From Octopus vulgaris (lineage: Eukaryota): a stretch of DNA of 64,000 nucleotides. Location: the NCBI GenBank assembly GCA_951406725.2, contig OX597821.1, forward strand, positions 93,372,001 through 93,436,000. The letters run 5' to 3'. The translations under genes and the position numbers were made by a program. The notes below the pieces were generated by a model. The model was not told the origin of the DNA. It made no database searches and was given only the letters and a program-made list of their open reading frames with translations. Positions 49,733 through 62,006 of this stretch are shown piece after piece; within the stretch, counting starts at the first letter, position 1; each line of letters opens with the position of its first letter.

Positions 49733-51419
49733 CTACATAAAGAAAGAAAAAAAAGTTAGATTACTTCTTAGAAACAACAAAATACAAAGAGCTGACTTGA
49801 AAACCTTATCTAAGGATTTTCAGTTTAAAATATTATCTACTCAATCATTTCATCACTAAACTGAAGACTACTTCAAGTCAATGTGGAAGCCTCTGGCAGA
49901 TTGCTCACTCTGACAGAAATAGCAGTTACATCTCCCTCATATCACACTTTGTTATCTTAAGAAAGGAAGATTATAATGGATAATATAGTTCTAGATTTAT
50001 TATGTCTAAAAAAAATGATTGGCTAGTCAGAGCTGGAATACCATTGATCATAGATCTGTCCATGACTTGGGCTTAAACCACAATGGCAAGACCACCCAGA
50101 CTTACAAGATATCAAATAAGGTCCGGGCTTGTGTGGTCATCAAGATTGGAATTGTAAATCAAAACAAAAATTTATTTCTTTGCATTAGCATGTTAATATT
50201 GGAATTCTTAACTTTTGACTCATTGAAACTATTCCAGGAAGGATAGAAATAAAATGAATCCAAGAATGTTTAAACTTTTTCATTTTTCAAATATTTTGGT
50301 TTTTAAAAATATAAGAATTTGTTTTATACATAAAAAAATGATTTACAAGCATTGATCTTAGAATCCAAATGCATTGAATTTAATTGATTAAAACTATATA
50401 AAAATACATTCAAATTATTTAATTTCCATTTCAAAATATTTCAAGATTATTAAGAATTTATCATAAAGAAATTTAATTTCAAAATTTAATTATGAAAATA
50501 AATATACAAATAAAAAATGGATTTCTTTTGGGAGGGCTAAATATTTCCCCTTTACCAAGTTCTTTCGAAATAATTCCATGGGAAATTCTTGTGTTGTAAC
50601 ATGGCTGTTATGCTTCACATTCTTTTTTCCTTCCTGTTATTTCTATTTTCAAGCAAGAATTAGTCATTTCATGAAATGAGGCTGCAATAAAATAGAACAA
50701 AAACAAAACAAGAATTTTCTGAACAAACAAAATTCTCCTATGTCTAAGATAAGAACCCTCTTTCAATGGAAAGGACATTTTATTTGTCTCTACTCTTAAT
50801 AGATTTCATGGGAAATCACATTCCTTAACAGATTTTACATCTCACTTGGCCCAGGGTTCATTTTTCTTTTTCTTTTTGGAATGACAAATTAAAGCACACA
50901 TAGCCTTCTCTGGTTAATGGCCATTTACAGCAGTTCTATGACTAAGCTCCTAATATTCGGTTGACAGATGAACCTGCCAAAATGCATCAAACCATGTTGC
51001 AGCTGCTATAAGTTATAAGTAGTAAAAATCAAACGATAGATTTGCTTTGATGTAAAATGGTGATTATTCTGGCAACAATTTTATGCCAAAATTCATTACC
51101 AGTGAGATGAAAAAAATTCATATGAAGGGCATGGTTCAGTGAATGATCCTCAAAAGAAAGTGATGACTGGCAGTGAAATGGGTTTGCTGGATCATGCATC
51201 GTCTGACCTCATCTTTCTCATGAGATCCAAAGTCAATGAACTAAAAACTCAGAGTGATTCAGTGAAGTATTGTCAAGAGAATGTATGTTAGTTCCCTGAT
51301 AAAACAGAACGATCTAAGTAAATATGGTAAATGGGTTTCCATATTAAAAGAACCTTCCAAACTATTGGAAACACAAGGCAGAATATGACAATTTTAACTT
51401 TCTTCAATGTTGTGCACAT

Positions 51420-51473
<54 letters not shown>

Positions 51474-52623
51474 GGCATTTTATTATTTTTTTTATTTTTA
51501 TTTTTTTTTTATGTGGAGTGGAAGAAGAGTGTTTCCATTATATCTCTAGGGAAGGAGTCCAGGATTAAAAATCAATTTGAAGAATTAGTCAATTTGTGCT
51601 CTGAAATCTTTAGAATAACATTTGCTGAAAGTCCTGATTTTTCTCATTATCAGAACATTTCATTCCTCCTGGACATGATTTCCTTTTGAAAGTTTGTCTC
51701 TCTCTTCCATGTTGATTTCTGCTAAATGTAATCACGTTAAATTTGTTTGCTTTAGACATTGAAATTTAGGTCAAATGTCTCCATTATTTTAAAAATGAAT
51801 TCTAAAAACAAAAGAAATAATTCCTCATTTAAACAAGAGGAGACACTGACTCATCACTTTCACTGCTACATTTAAATTTCCTTCTTTATTAATTTTTCTA
51901 AAAAACAAAAAGTTACTTCTATGGAATAATGTTTAATTCCTCAACACTTCAAAAATGCTCAGTCGATATTTTGCTTTATTTTGAAAGAAAAGAGAGTCAA
52001 GCTTCTACAAGCATTAATTTCACCCCACCTCAAGTATGCAATATTGTTTTATAAACAGTTTTTCTATGTTTTCTTTCCATTTCTTTTACAGATTTTGCCA
52101 TTTAAATACAAATTGGTTTAAGATAGAAAAAGAAACAGCAATAAAATTGAAGTTAAACATATAAAAAAACACATGCAATACTGTCAAAGGAACATATTTA
52201 GGCATTATTCTAAATAATTTAAACTGAATACATTTCAATATGACTAAACTAAAATGAGTTATTTTCAAAAGACTATTTTCACACAAAAACATATTCAATG
52301 ACTTTTTTTCTTTCACTACATTTTTTTTCTTCTTTTTCGTTCAATGTCCGTTAAAGATGGCAATATTTAAAGTTTTCAAATCTTTCAAGATTTATAATGG
52401 GATTTCAGTAAATATCTGACAGAAAATTATTAGGCAAATTATATTTAACTCATTGACAGGCTAGGTTTGATGTAAACATACTTGCCTATGCAACGACAAG
52501 AAAATGTAATGCATGTCTTTTTTTGTTTTGTTCTTTTTTTTCACCTGTGAGTAATGAGGAAGTTAATAAAATTTCTGTCAGGGAGTGTCATCTAGATATT
52601 ATATATTTTATGTTATTTAATAT

Positions 52624-52667
<44 letters not shown>

Positions 52668-52954
52668 ATATGTATCTATGTGTATCTGAATTAACATTTG
52701 CACAACATGTGGCATGTTGGATAAATGAACACTAAATTATCAATATGTAGAGGTGTGCTGGGTACATGAATATAAAAATAGCATTCCAGAAAAATATAAT
52801 ATAAGATGAATCCAGGAGAAAATCACTGACAGAAGCTGTAATGCATAACAAAAGATAAACTGGGGTTTTCAGAAAATTACCATTTTTAAAATCAAAGATG
52901 CTAGAGTGTAAAAAAATAAGCTAAGATTTAATATCTTCTTACCAATTGATTTAG

Positions 52955-53385
52955 CTCTTTTACTTGTTTCAGTCATTTGACTGTGGCCATGCTGGAGCAC
53001 CGCCTTTAGTCAAGCAAACTGACCCCCCAGGACTTATTCTTTGTAAGCCTAGTACTTATTCTATCAGTCTCTTTTACCGAACCACTAAGTTACGGGGATG
53101 TAAACACACCAGCATCGGTTGTCAAGCGATGCTGGGGGGACAAACACAGACACACAAACACACAAGCACACACAAACACACACACACACATACACACACA
53201 CACATATATATATACATATATACGACGGGCTTTCTTCAGTTTCCATCTACTAAATCCACTCACAAGGTTTGGTCAGCCTGAGGCTATAGTAGAAGACACT
53301 TGCCCAAGTTTCCATGCAATGGGACTGAACCTGGAACCATGTGGTTGGTAAGCAAGCTACATACCACACAGCCACTCCTATGTCT
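52955..53385 (-). mobile_element. SINE family A, full length
   Basis: Complete copy. Confidence 0.9.
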
Positions 53386-53503
53386 ATGAATAATTTACCA
53401 TGATTGTGTGTATCTATCTATCTATCTATCTATCTATTTATCCCCCTACCGCCTCCCTCTCACTGTCCCCTCTCCCACTTTCTACATCTCACTCTTTATG
53501 TAT

Positions 53504-53757
53504 GTGGAGGCATGTGGCTTAGTGGTTAGGGTGTCAACATCATGATCATAAGATCGTGGTTTTGATTCCTGGACAGGGCAATGCATTGTGTTCTTGAGCA
53601 AAACACTTCATTTCACGTTGCTCCAGTCCACTCAGCTGGCAAAAATTAGTAACGCTGTGATGGACTGGCGTCACATCCAGCTGGGGAACACATACGCCAT
53701 AGAAACCTGGAAACCGGGCCCATGAGCCTTGCTAGGCTTTAAAAGGGCACATTTATT
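53504..53757 (+). mobile_element. SINE family E variant with a different 3' tail
   Basis: Same head and central domain as 36471, then an unrelated GATGGACTGGCGTC..GAAACCGGGCCCATGAG tail. Confidence 0.8.
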
Positions 53758-54030
53758 ATTTTTTACTTTCTATGTATCTATCTGTCTATAGATGTGTGTT
53801 GTGTTGTGTTGTGTGTATGTGTGTGTGTGTATGTACATATATCCCCTCAATCAAGGGGTATTGTCTTGTGAGCTACTTGGCAATCTCATTGGTGTTGGTT
53901 ACACTAAAAAAACCACCCAGTATCCTCCACTGGCTAATCATGACACCAGTGCCTTTTCAGAACTGACTTTCTGTATATCACTGATCACTGGTGGGGAGGT
54001 GAATCCCTGCTATCTCTAGCAGTTGAACGT

Positions 54031-54080
54031 TCATCACTGATGAGAACAAGATAGGTTGAAATCATATGATACTGAAGATG
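54031..54080 (+). ncRNA. Type I hammerhead motif, unit 1 (stem I decayed)
   Basis: CTGATGA-G-AAC(..)GTT-GAAA-TCATATGA-TA, with palindromic stem III ATCATATGAT. Confidence 0.6.
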
Positions 54081-54370
54081 GTGTGGATTAATCTCCCCGC
54101 TAGTGATATAAATAATCATGCATTTTGCACCGAAAGCCTATATGAGAGTTTCTCACATGATATCTACTACAGTAAAGTTCATTCTAACAGAACACCCATG
54201 TTTCAGAGGGAATAAATGTTACCTCTCAGTTTTAATACTGCTTCTCTCACTAATATATGTTTTCTGACAAGCTCACTGGTTAATCGTAACTCCAGCACCA
54301 GTTCTGGCACTGATCTTCTATATATCCCTGTCAGGGAGGTGAGTCATTGCTATCTCTAGCAGCCAAGTGT

Positions 54371-54417
54371 CCATCACTGATGAGACCAAGGGAAGTCAAA
54401 ATCACATGATCTGGTGG
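54371..54417 (+). ncRNA. Type I hammerhead motif, unit 2 (G12 replaced by A)
   Basis: CCATCA-CTGATGA-GAC(CAAGGGAA)GTC-aAAA-TCA(CA)TGA-TC-TGGTGG; all three stems pair; AUC triplet. Confidence 0.7.
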
Positions 54418-54757
54418 TCTAGGTGCTGGAGTTGGTAGGGATTTATGTCCCTGCTAGCAATATAAACAAGCATGCATTTTGCTCCAAAAGCCTATGTGAG
54501 AGTTTCTTTCATTGTATCTATCACAGCAAAGTTTGATCTAACGGAACATCCACATTTAAGTGGGAATAAATATCACCATCATGAAGTAGTTGCCAATAGG
54601 AATGGAAACCCATCCATAGAAACTATGCCAAAACAATCACTGGAGTCTGATGTAGTCAGGTCCTGTCAAACCATCCAACTCATGCCAAGATGATGATGAT
54701 GATATTTATTTGTTTAATGAGGGAGACAGAAGATGGAAGATATGAGAATATTTATTG

Positions 54758-54847
54758 ATCACAACAATTGTTTCAACCCTCATGAGTGGGATACTCAACA
54801 ACTGGCTTAGGAGTATCTGTCAGTGTAGATGTGTCTCTTCAGGAGAT
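54758..54847 (-). ncRNA. Type I hammerhead motif with extended stem II
   Basis: Minus strand ATCtC-CTGAAGA-GAC...GTT-GAAA-CAATTG-TT-GTGAT; palindromic stem III ACAATTGT; internal hairpin GATACTC/GAGTATC. Confidence 0.65.
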
Positions 54848-55147
54848 GACAAGATGTGCTTCATTAAAATAATGTCTGTTCCACAGTTTTTCTTCCCAAT
54901 ATGTGTATGCAAAGGCAGAAAATCCTATGAGAGGTTGATGGTGGATGAATGATCCATAAACATTCTTGTATCTTCCATCTTTCAATCTCTCATTAATCAA
55001 ATACCCAACAAACACTGTGAAAGTGAACATGGTTTACCAGTAAGCTACCAGATTTATACTATATGATTTATTATTTAATAATATATATATATAATTGAAA
55101 TAATTTGGTGTCAACAAGAAAGAGCATAGTTGAACATTCATTTTTTA

Positions 55148-55253
55148 ATCACTACAATTGTTTCCATTCAACATAGTTCACCAGGCATGGAGGTACTTGA
55201 TTATACAACTGTTTCCCAGCATTATGAGATCTAGTTGTGATTCCTCAGGTGAT
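55148..55253 (-). ncRNA. Type I hammerhead motif with very long stem II
   Basis: Minus strand ATCAC-CTGAGGA-(~77 nt)-GAAA-CAATTG-TA-GTGAT; perfect 5-bp stem I; GUA triplet; base of stem II decayed. Confidence 0.68.
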
Positions 55254-55362
55254 AATAGTCCTTCAGCAACAATGCACCATGATAAACTCAGTGACTACTA
55301 CTAAATTCCGGCCATAACAGACAGAAAGGATATTCTTGAACTTACGGAGACAATAATTACAT

Positions 55363-55468
55363 ATCACCTGAGGAAACACAACTAGTTCTCATAATACAGG
55401 GAAACAGTTACATAATCAAGTACCTGCACACTTGGAGAACTATGTTGCATCGAAAAAATTGTAGTGAT
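55363..55468 (+). ncRNA. Type I hammerhead motif with very long stem II (stem III C to A)
   Basis: ATCAC-CTGAGGA-(~77 nt)-GAAA-aAATTG-TA-GTGAT. Confidence 0.6.
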
Positions 55469-55800
55469 TAAAAAATAAATATTAAAATCATACCCCTACT
55501 TGTTGACTTCAAATTTTTTCAATTATTTATTCACACAACATGCCAAAACACAACCCTGGAAGTACATATAATACTACTAGTGTCTAGCACAGGGTGGAAT
55601 CTGAAGGTGGGCGAGATTTATGCTGTACTCTACTACAGTCGTAACAGAATATATCATAACTATATATATATATATATATATAAGTATTTTTTTTTTTTAA
55701 ATAGGATAAAATCTTTATAAGAAATTATCAAGTAGTTAGCGTGAAAAACCTCGTAAGAAAAAAATCTGTAAATTTTTTCAACTTTGAAAATACTTATTCA

Positions 55801-56145
55801 TATTATATAGAGGGTACTATTATTCATAGGTACCGCCCGCTAGGAGGGACTTTTGCAGTCAAAACTACTAAAATAAACAAATTGTACCGAATGCAAACTT
55901 CAAAGCGAGTCATTTAAAAACAGAATTTAGTTACATATCACCTGTGATTTCGCAATCAATGCAGAATATGCATTCTATGCTCTTCAGTGCAACGAACTCA
56001 AGACAAGTAAGAAAAAACACATCACATACCCGACAACCAACCATAGAATTTTGCATTCGGTACAATTTGTTTATTTTAGTAGTTTCGACTTAAATGTCCC
56101 TCCTAGCGTGCGGTACCTATGAATAATAGTACCCTCTATATAATA
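55801..56145. mobile_element. Fold-back element with ~100-bp arms and a hammerhead in the spacer
   Basis: TATATAGAGGGTACTATTATTCATAGGTACCGC..TTGTACCGAATGCAAA vs TTTGCATTCGGTACAA..GCGGTACCTATGAATAATAGTACCCTCTATATA. Confidence 0.85.
55930..55993 (-). ncRNA. Type I hammerhead ribozyme motif with intact core
   Basis: Minus strand GTTGCA-CTGAAGA-GCA(..)TGC-GAAA-TCAC(AG)GTGA-TA-TGTAAC: 6-bp stem I, G-C closed stem II, 5-bp stem III, AUA triplet. Confidence 0.85.
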
Positions 56146-56451
56146 TATATATCATCATCGTTTAGTGTCCGATATATATATATATATAATCAAAATAAGC
56201 AACGAGGATATCGAGATATCCTCTGGATATCCTTGTTGTGGTGGTAGTGGTGATGATGGTGATGATGTTGATGGTGGTGATGGTGATGGTGATGGTGATG
56301 ATGATGATGATGATGAGGATGATGACCAGTTATGCATTGGGTCGATATAATCGACTTAATCCATTTGTCTGTCCTTGTTTGTCCCCTCTGTGTGTAGCCT
56401 CTTGTGGGTAGTAAAGCAATAGACATGTTATACTATATTATATCATATATT

Positions 56452-57030
56452 ATCATCATCATCATCATTTAGTGTCCGCTTTCCATGCTAACATGGGTTG
56501 GATGGTTCAACTGGGGTCTGGGAAGCCAGAAGGCTGCACCAGGCCCAGTCTGATCTGACAATGTTTCTTGGGGCTGGATGCCCTTCCTAACGCCAACCAC
56601 TCCGTGAGTGTAGTGGGTGCTTTTTACGTGCCACCGTAACAGGTGCCAGACAAGGCTGGTAAACAGCCACGATCGGATGGTGCTTTTTACGTGCCACCGG
56701 CATGGGGGCCAGGCGAGGTTGGCAATGGCCATGATCGGAGGGTGTTTTTACATGCCACCGGCAGGAGGCCAGTCGGGGCGGCGCTAGCAACGGCCACGTT
56801 CGGATGGTTCTCTTACGTACCACCGGCACTGGTGCAAGTTCCATTGAAGTTGATCGATTTCGAATTTGATTTTCACTTGCCTCAACAGCTCTTCACAAGT
56901 AGAGTTTTGTGTCCGAAGAAGGAAAGGTATGCATAAGTGGACTGGCTACATCCCATGTAGAGGCCACGGGTTATGGTCTCACTTGTCCTGCCGGGTCTTC
57001 TCACGCCCAGCATACTTCCAAAGATTTCAT
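56452..57030 (-). mobile_element. 5'-truncated RTE-like LINE 3' end
   Basis: Includes the ORF-terminal LWKYAGREKTRQDK segment, about 4 internal units and a (CAT)n tail. Confidence 0.85.
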
Positions 57031-57078
57031 ACTATATTATTTAAAATGTCTGGCAGAGATAGAATGAAGACTGTTACT

Positions 57079-57248
57079 CAGTGGTGGACTGACCAGGTTG
57101 TCAGCTTGCCCAATGGCATCAAAGTCCATATATGGGGGCCCATGCTAGTATGTAAAGAGCCCATGAAAATTAAGTGATAACATTGTAGTTGCAATTGGGT
57201 CCCCTTTGTCTCTCGGCAACCAATAATTTTAGACCCAATCCACCTCTG
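57079..57248. mobile_element. hAT-like MITE
   Basis: Imperfect TIRs CAGTGGTGGA / TCCACCTCTG; flanks CTGTTACT / CCGGTACT match 6/8 as an 8-bp TSD. Confidence 0.55.
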
Positions 57249-57351
57249 CCGGTACTGGCTGGTCATACCTTGCAGCAGTAAAGTCATTGGTATGGAAAAA
57301 TAGCACTAAAATGGACGTACAGTTAAGATTAATTAATTAATCTTATTCTAT

Positions 57352-57411
<60 letters not shown>

Positions 57412-58616
57412 GTAGCTGGTGTTAGGAAGGGCATCCAGTTGTAGAAACTCTGCCAGATCAGATTGGAACCTGGTGCAGCCATCTGGCTCACCAGTCCCCA
57501 GTCAAATAGTCCAACCCATGCCAAGACATGTTTCCATGGAAGATTAGCAAAAAAGGGCACTGCTTGTATGACAGTGATGCACACACATACACACACACAC
57601 ACACACACACATTCTGTAACTGGACGTCCTCCCTAATACCAACCACATGGGGGAAATATTCTCTACTGTAATTCTGGGCTGGCCAAAACCTTGTCAATGG
57701 ATTTGGTAACTAGAAACTGAAACAAGCTCGCTGTGCAAACATGGAGAAGACAGAGAAGACCACACTACAGGCTACATGGTTCCAAACCATTCTGGAAATC
57801 CTGAAAACTAACAAGAGATATTGGGGAAACGTGGAAGACCTCACAACTGATTGAGGATACTGGAGAAAGGCTTATACTCAATGTGTAGACAAATGAAGGA
57901 TAGACTGACTTGACTGAGTATGACAATAGGTACAACTCTAGTCATTCACTAGAAATAACTCATCTCAGATGTAGACAGAAAGTACAGATAATAAATAAAT
58001 AAAGTTCTTTGTGTGGATGGCTATTTATCATCAAGCTGATAATGACTTCAAAACAGATGAGAAAAAAACAGTTGCATTTTGTAAATGAGCAAGCACTATA
58101 TCTCTTCATTCTTTGAAGAATCTCATTTCATCTTGTAAGAACAAAAGAACTCCAGTTCTAGAGAATGTAAGATTTTCTATACATACAGGAAATTATATAA
58201 TTAGGCCAATATTGAAGTCAATAAATTTACTTACACTCGAAATGTGGAATCATTATTCATTGATTTCAACAGTAGCTATTTGTGGTGGAGGAGAGCGGAG
58301 ATATTATGTATAGAATTTTTAAAAAAATTAAACGGAAATTACAACTAGAATATACCATAAAAAGAGAAGAAACAAACAAAAGAGAAAGATAATACTGAGA
58401 TTCATGGAACCATTGCTGATTCAGTATCAAATTGATGGTTAATTGGTCTAACCATAACATAAATTGCCTTTCAAAAAATAACCCTAAAAATTATACAGAA
58501 ACATTAATAAACCTCTGCCTCTCTCTTTCTCTTTCTTTCTTACCCACTCTCTCTCTCTCTCTCTCTTTTCCTTATTACTCCCTCTCTTTCTCTCTCTCTC
58601 TTTTCCTTATTACTCC

Positions 58617-58669
<53 letters not shown>

Positions 58670-58881
58670 AAGCAAATCTGTCTTTTTCTTTCATTTTGTC
58701 ATTAATGCATTACTTCATCTCTCAGACTACCTTTTCTTGATAAATTAACTACTTCTTGATAGTGACTTCTGTTTTTCCTTCTCATTAGCTACTACTGTTT
58801 CACATATACTATCTAACTCCTTTGAACCAACTCTCTAACAAACTTCGTCTGTCTTTCTCCAACCACCATCTCTGTCTCACT

Positions 58882-58927
<46 letters not shown>

Positions 58928-59144
58928 TTATCTATCTCTCTATCAAACATACACACACATACACTTTTTCTCTTTCATTGTCACAAACTACTGTCTTCCA
59001 TTCTCAAATGCATACATATAACAACTGACAATGTTTTCATACACTCCTCTTATTGGGGGAAATAAAAAGCAATGAAAGTCATAGCATTTAGCTGAAGAAG
59101 GAAGCAAACTTAACGAGCACACCAAGAAATTCACAAATGTATCA

Positions 59145-59480
<336 letters not shown>

Positions 59481-59879
59481 TTGATACATGCATGAATGAC
59501 TGGTTAACATGTTTGCTTGACAACTCTGATGTCATGGCTTCGATTCCACTGTGCTCCATCTTGGCCAGAGTCTTCACTGTAGCTTTGACTCCTGCCAAGC
59601 TATGTGAATAAATTTTGTTAGACAGAAACCAACTAGAAGCCTTTCAATTGGATTTCACCTTATATGTGTATAAGGTGCCTGTGAATTGAATGCAGTGTTT
59701 ATGCACCTTTTAATCAGTGTCAGTGATGTAACTGAAAGTAGATTTTGAAACAGCTGGAACGATATGGAATTTAAATCTTAGTTGCCTCACACTTCTGGAT
59801 TTTTACTAATTATTATTATACACTATACACTAGTGTTTCCTGGATTTTTAGGTAGATAGGCCTTCTCTTTCTGGCTGTG

Positions 59880-60183
59880 TAAAGGACTCATAGCTGTGAC
59901 ATGTAAAAGTGCCTGTGTGGTGCCACATAAAAACACCCATGCAGAGACACGTAAAAGCACCTGTGTGGCAACATGTAACAGTGCGTGTGTGGTGTCACAT
60001 ACAAGTGCCTGTGCAGTGCCACATAAAAGCATCCAGCACACTCTGTAAAGTAGTTGGCATTAGGAAGGGCAACAAGCTGTAGAAACCATGCCAGTTCAGA
60101 CCAGAGTTTGGTGCAGCCCCTGGCATGCTAGCTCTGTCCAACTCATGCCAGGAATGGACAACAGATGTTGAATGATGATGATG

Positions 60184-60214
<31 letters not shown>

Positions 60215-60240
60215 TGATGATGATGATGATGATGATGATG
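59880..60240 (+). mobile_element. RTE-like LINE 3' end (variant with ~24-bp internal units)
   Basis: Repeated CACGTAAAAGCACCTGTGTGG-like units, GTTGGCATTAGGAAGGGC motif, (GAC/GAT)n tail. Confidence 0.78.
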
Positions 60241-60619
60241 ATAGTCATGTTAAATTGTATCATTTTAAAACATAATATAAGCTAGAATGAGTTCCCTTTA
60301 TTTTCATACATATATACATATTTACTATCCTGTATATTGTATGTAACAACAGAGTGTAAGGACCTTAAGAGAAAATATATGGAAATAAGAAACATCTGAT
60401 GTAGAATAGAGAAGCATCCGATGTATGCTAGAAAAAGATTTAAAAAAGTAAAATGTAAAAGCTTTGTTGTGTTAAGTACTGGTTGTCACAAAATATTACA
60501 ATACATATATACATTCTTTGATAATAATAAGAAGAAAATGTTAAAACAGTTTACAAGGAAAAATCTTGAGAAAATATTAAAAAGTTCATTAAAAATTTTA
60601 GGATTTCATTAAAAATCAT

Positions 60620-60933
60620 CGGATGTTGAGTCTCTCAGAGGTGGTGACAAGTGACCAAAACTTTTAGTGATTTGCTGTGCTTGATAAAACTCAGCAAGCT
60701 AAGTGAAATTATAGTCCTGGCCATTGCCAGTGTCACATAAAAGGCACTCGTGCCAATGACATGTAAAGGGCATGCAGGCTGGTGATATGTAAAAGGCACC
60801 AGGACAATCTATGAAGGAGATGGCTTTTGGAAGGGCATCTAGCTGTAGAAATCAAGCCAAAACAGACTGGAGCCTTACCAGTTCCAGTTAAATCATCTAA
60901 CCCATGCCAGCATGGAACACAGATGCTGAATGA
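60620..60933 (+). mobile_element. RTE-like LINE 3' end (old)
   Basis: GGAAGGGCATCTAGCTGTAGAAA..AACCCATGCCAGCATGGAA. Confidence 0.7.
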
Positions 60934-61145
60934 TCTTGAAAAAAATTCTCCTCCTCCCTTTTGTTATTTGTGTGTGTATGTGTGTGTGTGTGTGTGTGTG
61001 TGTATTATGGATGATCACCAGAAGTTACAGAGTGACTCAAGGACTGAGAGTATCGTGCATGATATCAAATGCACAAAACTCTTGGCCCTTGAGGCACTCT
61101 CCAATTTCTGCTGATCATGAATTAAAAAAAACATTATATATACAT

Positions 61146-61296
<151 letters not shown>

Positions 61297-61339
61297 ATCA
61301 TCATTTGAACATTCACTTGTTCAAACATAGTTAAATAGA

Positions 61340-61680
61340 ACCATAGGAGAAAAGATGAAACAATTTCAATCAGCACCAGCTCCTTGCAAATGGCAAAGGA
61401 AATGGGATTTGAAAAAGCTGGTACAGAAGGTATTCAGGTTCTACTGCATGCTGATAACAAGATGTTCACCTCAGAAGACCTTAAGGAGTTAACAGAATAG
61501 CAAGTCTCTAATACAGTTGATGGAGAAGGTGAAGACAAAACTTCTCCACATCCTGTTTAAACAGGAGAGATCTTATCAAAAAGCTATTCTGAAATAACTT
61601 GTGCCTTAGATTGACTTTCAGAATGCATTTCAAATTTTGAATGAAACCTGAGGTAAAAATATCTGCTATAGAAAACAGTC
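61340..61680 (+). mobile_element. Possible Tigger/pogo transposase C-terminal remnant
   Basis: Translation MAKEMGFEKAGTEGIQVLLHADNKMFTSEDLKEL resembles the Tigger C-terminal region. Confidence 0.4.
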
Positions 61681-61785
61681 AGTGGCTCATAAGATGATGG
61701 TAAGGCTATCAACACATGATGCTTTATAATTAAACTAAGAATCAAAGTGAACCGGTATTCTTATTCTTACCTGTTACATGAATTA

Positions 61786-62006
61786 ACCCTACAGTATTTT
61801 ATCTGGCCATATCAGGCTGACATATTCTACATGTGTTATGTTCACACTAACCAGATCTGACCTCTCACACCTACACTACAATGTCATTCTAAAAATATCA
61901 GTCATATCATTTAAATCTCAAAGCTACAAGATATTGCATGTTTCATCCAAAACAATGTGAATAAATAAATATTACATTTGACAGAATAACCTGAATGCTA
62001 AAAGAC
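61786..62006. mobile_element. piggyBac-like MITE
   Basis: TTAA-CCCT left end and GAATGCTAAAAG right end; a reverse-complement end of the same family lies at about 1915-1953. Confidence 0.55.

Larger units (their letters stand above)
53925..54578 (+). mobile_element. Tandem 340-bp units each carrying a hammerhead motif (retrozyme-like or Penelope tandem pLTR)
   Basis: TGCTATCTCTAGCAG at 54008 and 54348; CATCACTGATGAGA at 54032 and 54372; CATGCATTTTGC..AAAGCCTAT and GGGAATAAAT also repeated. Confidence 0.8.
55092..55525. mobile_element. Fold-back element with ~165-bp arms, each carrying a hammerhead motif
   Basis: Arms 55092-55255 and 55361-55525 are diverged reverse complements; ~105-bp spacer. 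Confidence 0.82.

Noticed and set aside
58000-58345. Minus-strand GTAAGT...TAG 58-nt mini-intron with flanking exons
   Set aside because: The upstream segment has stops in all three frames, the downstream frames I translated close quickly, and the intron is very short; not supportable without RNA data
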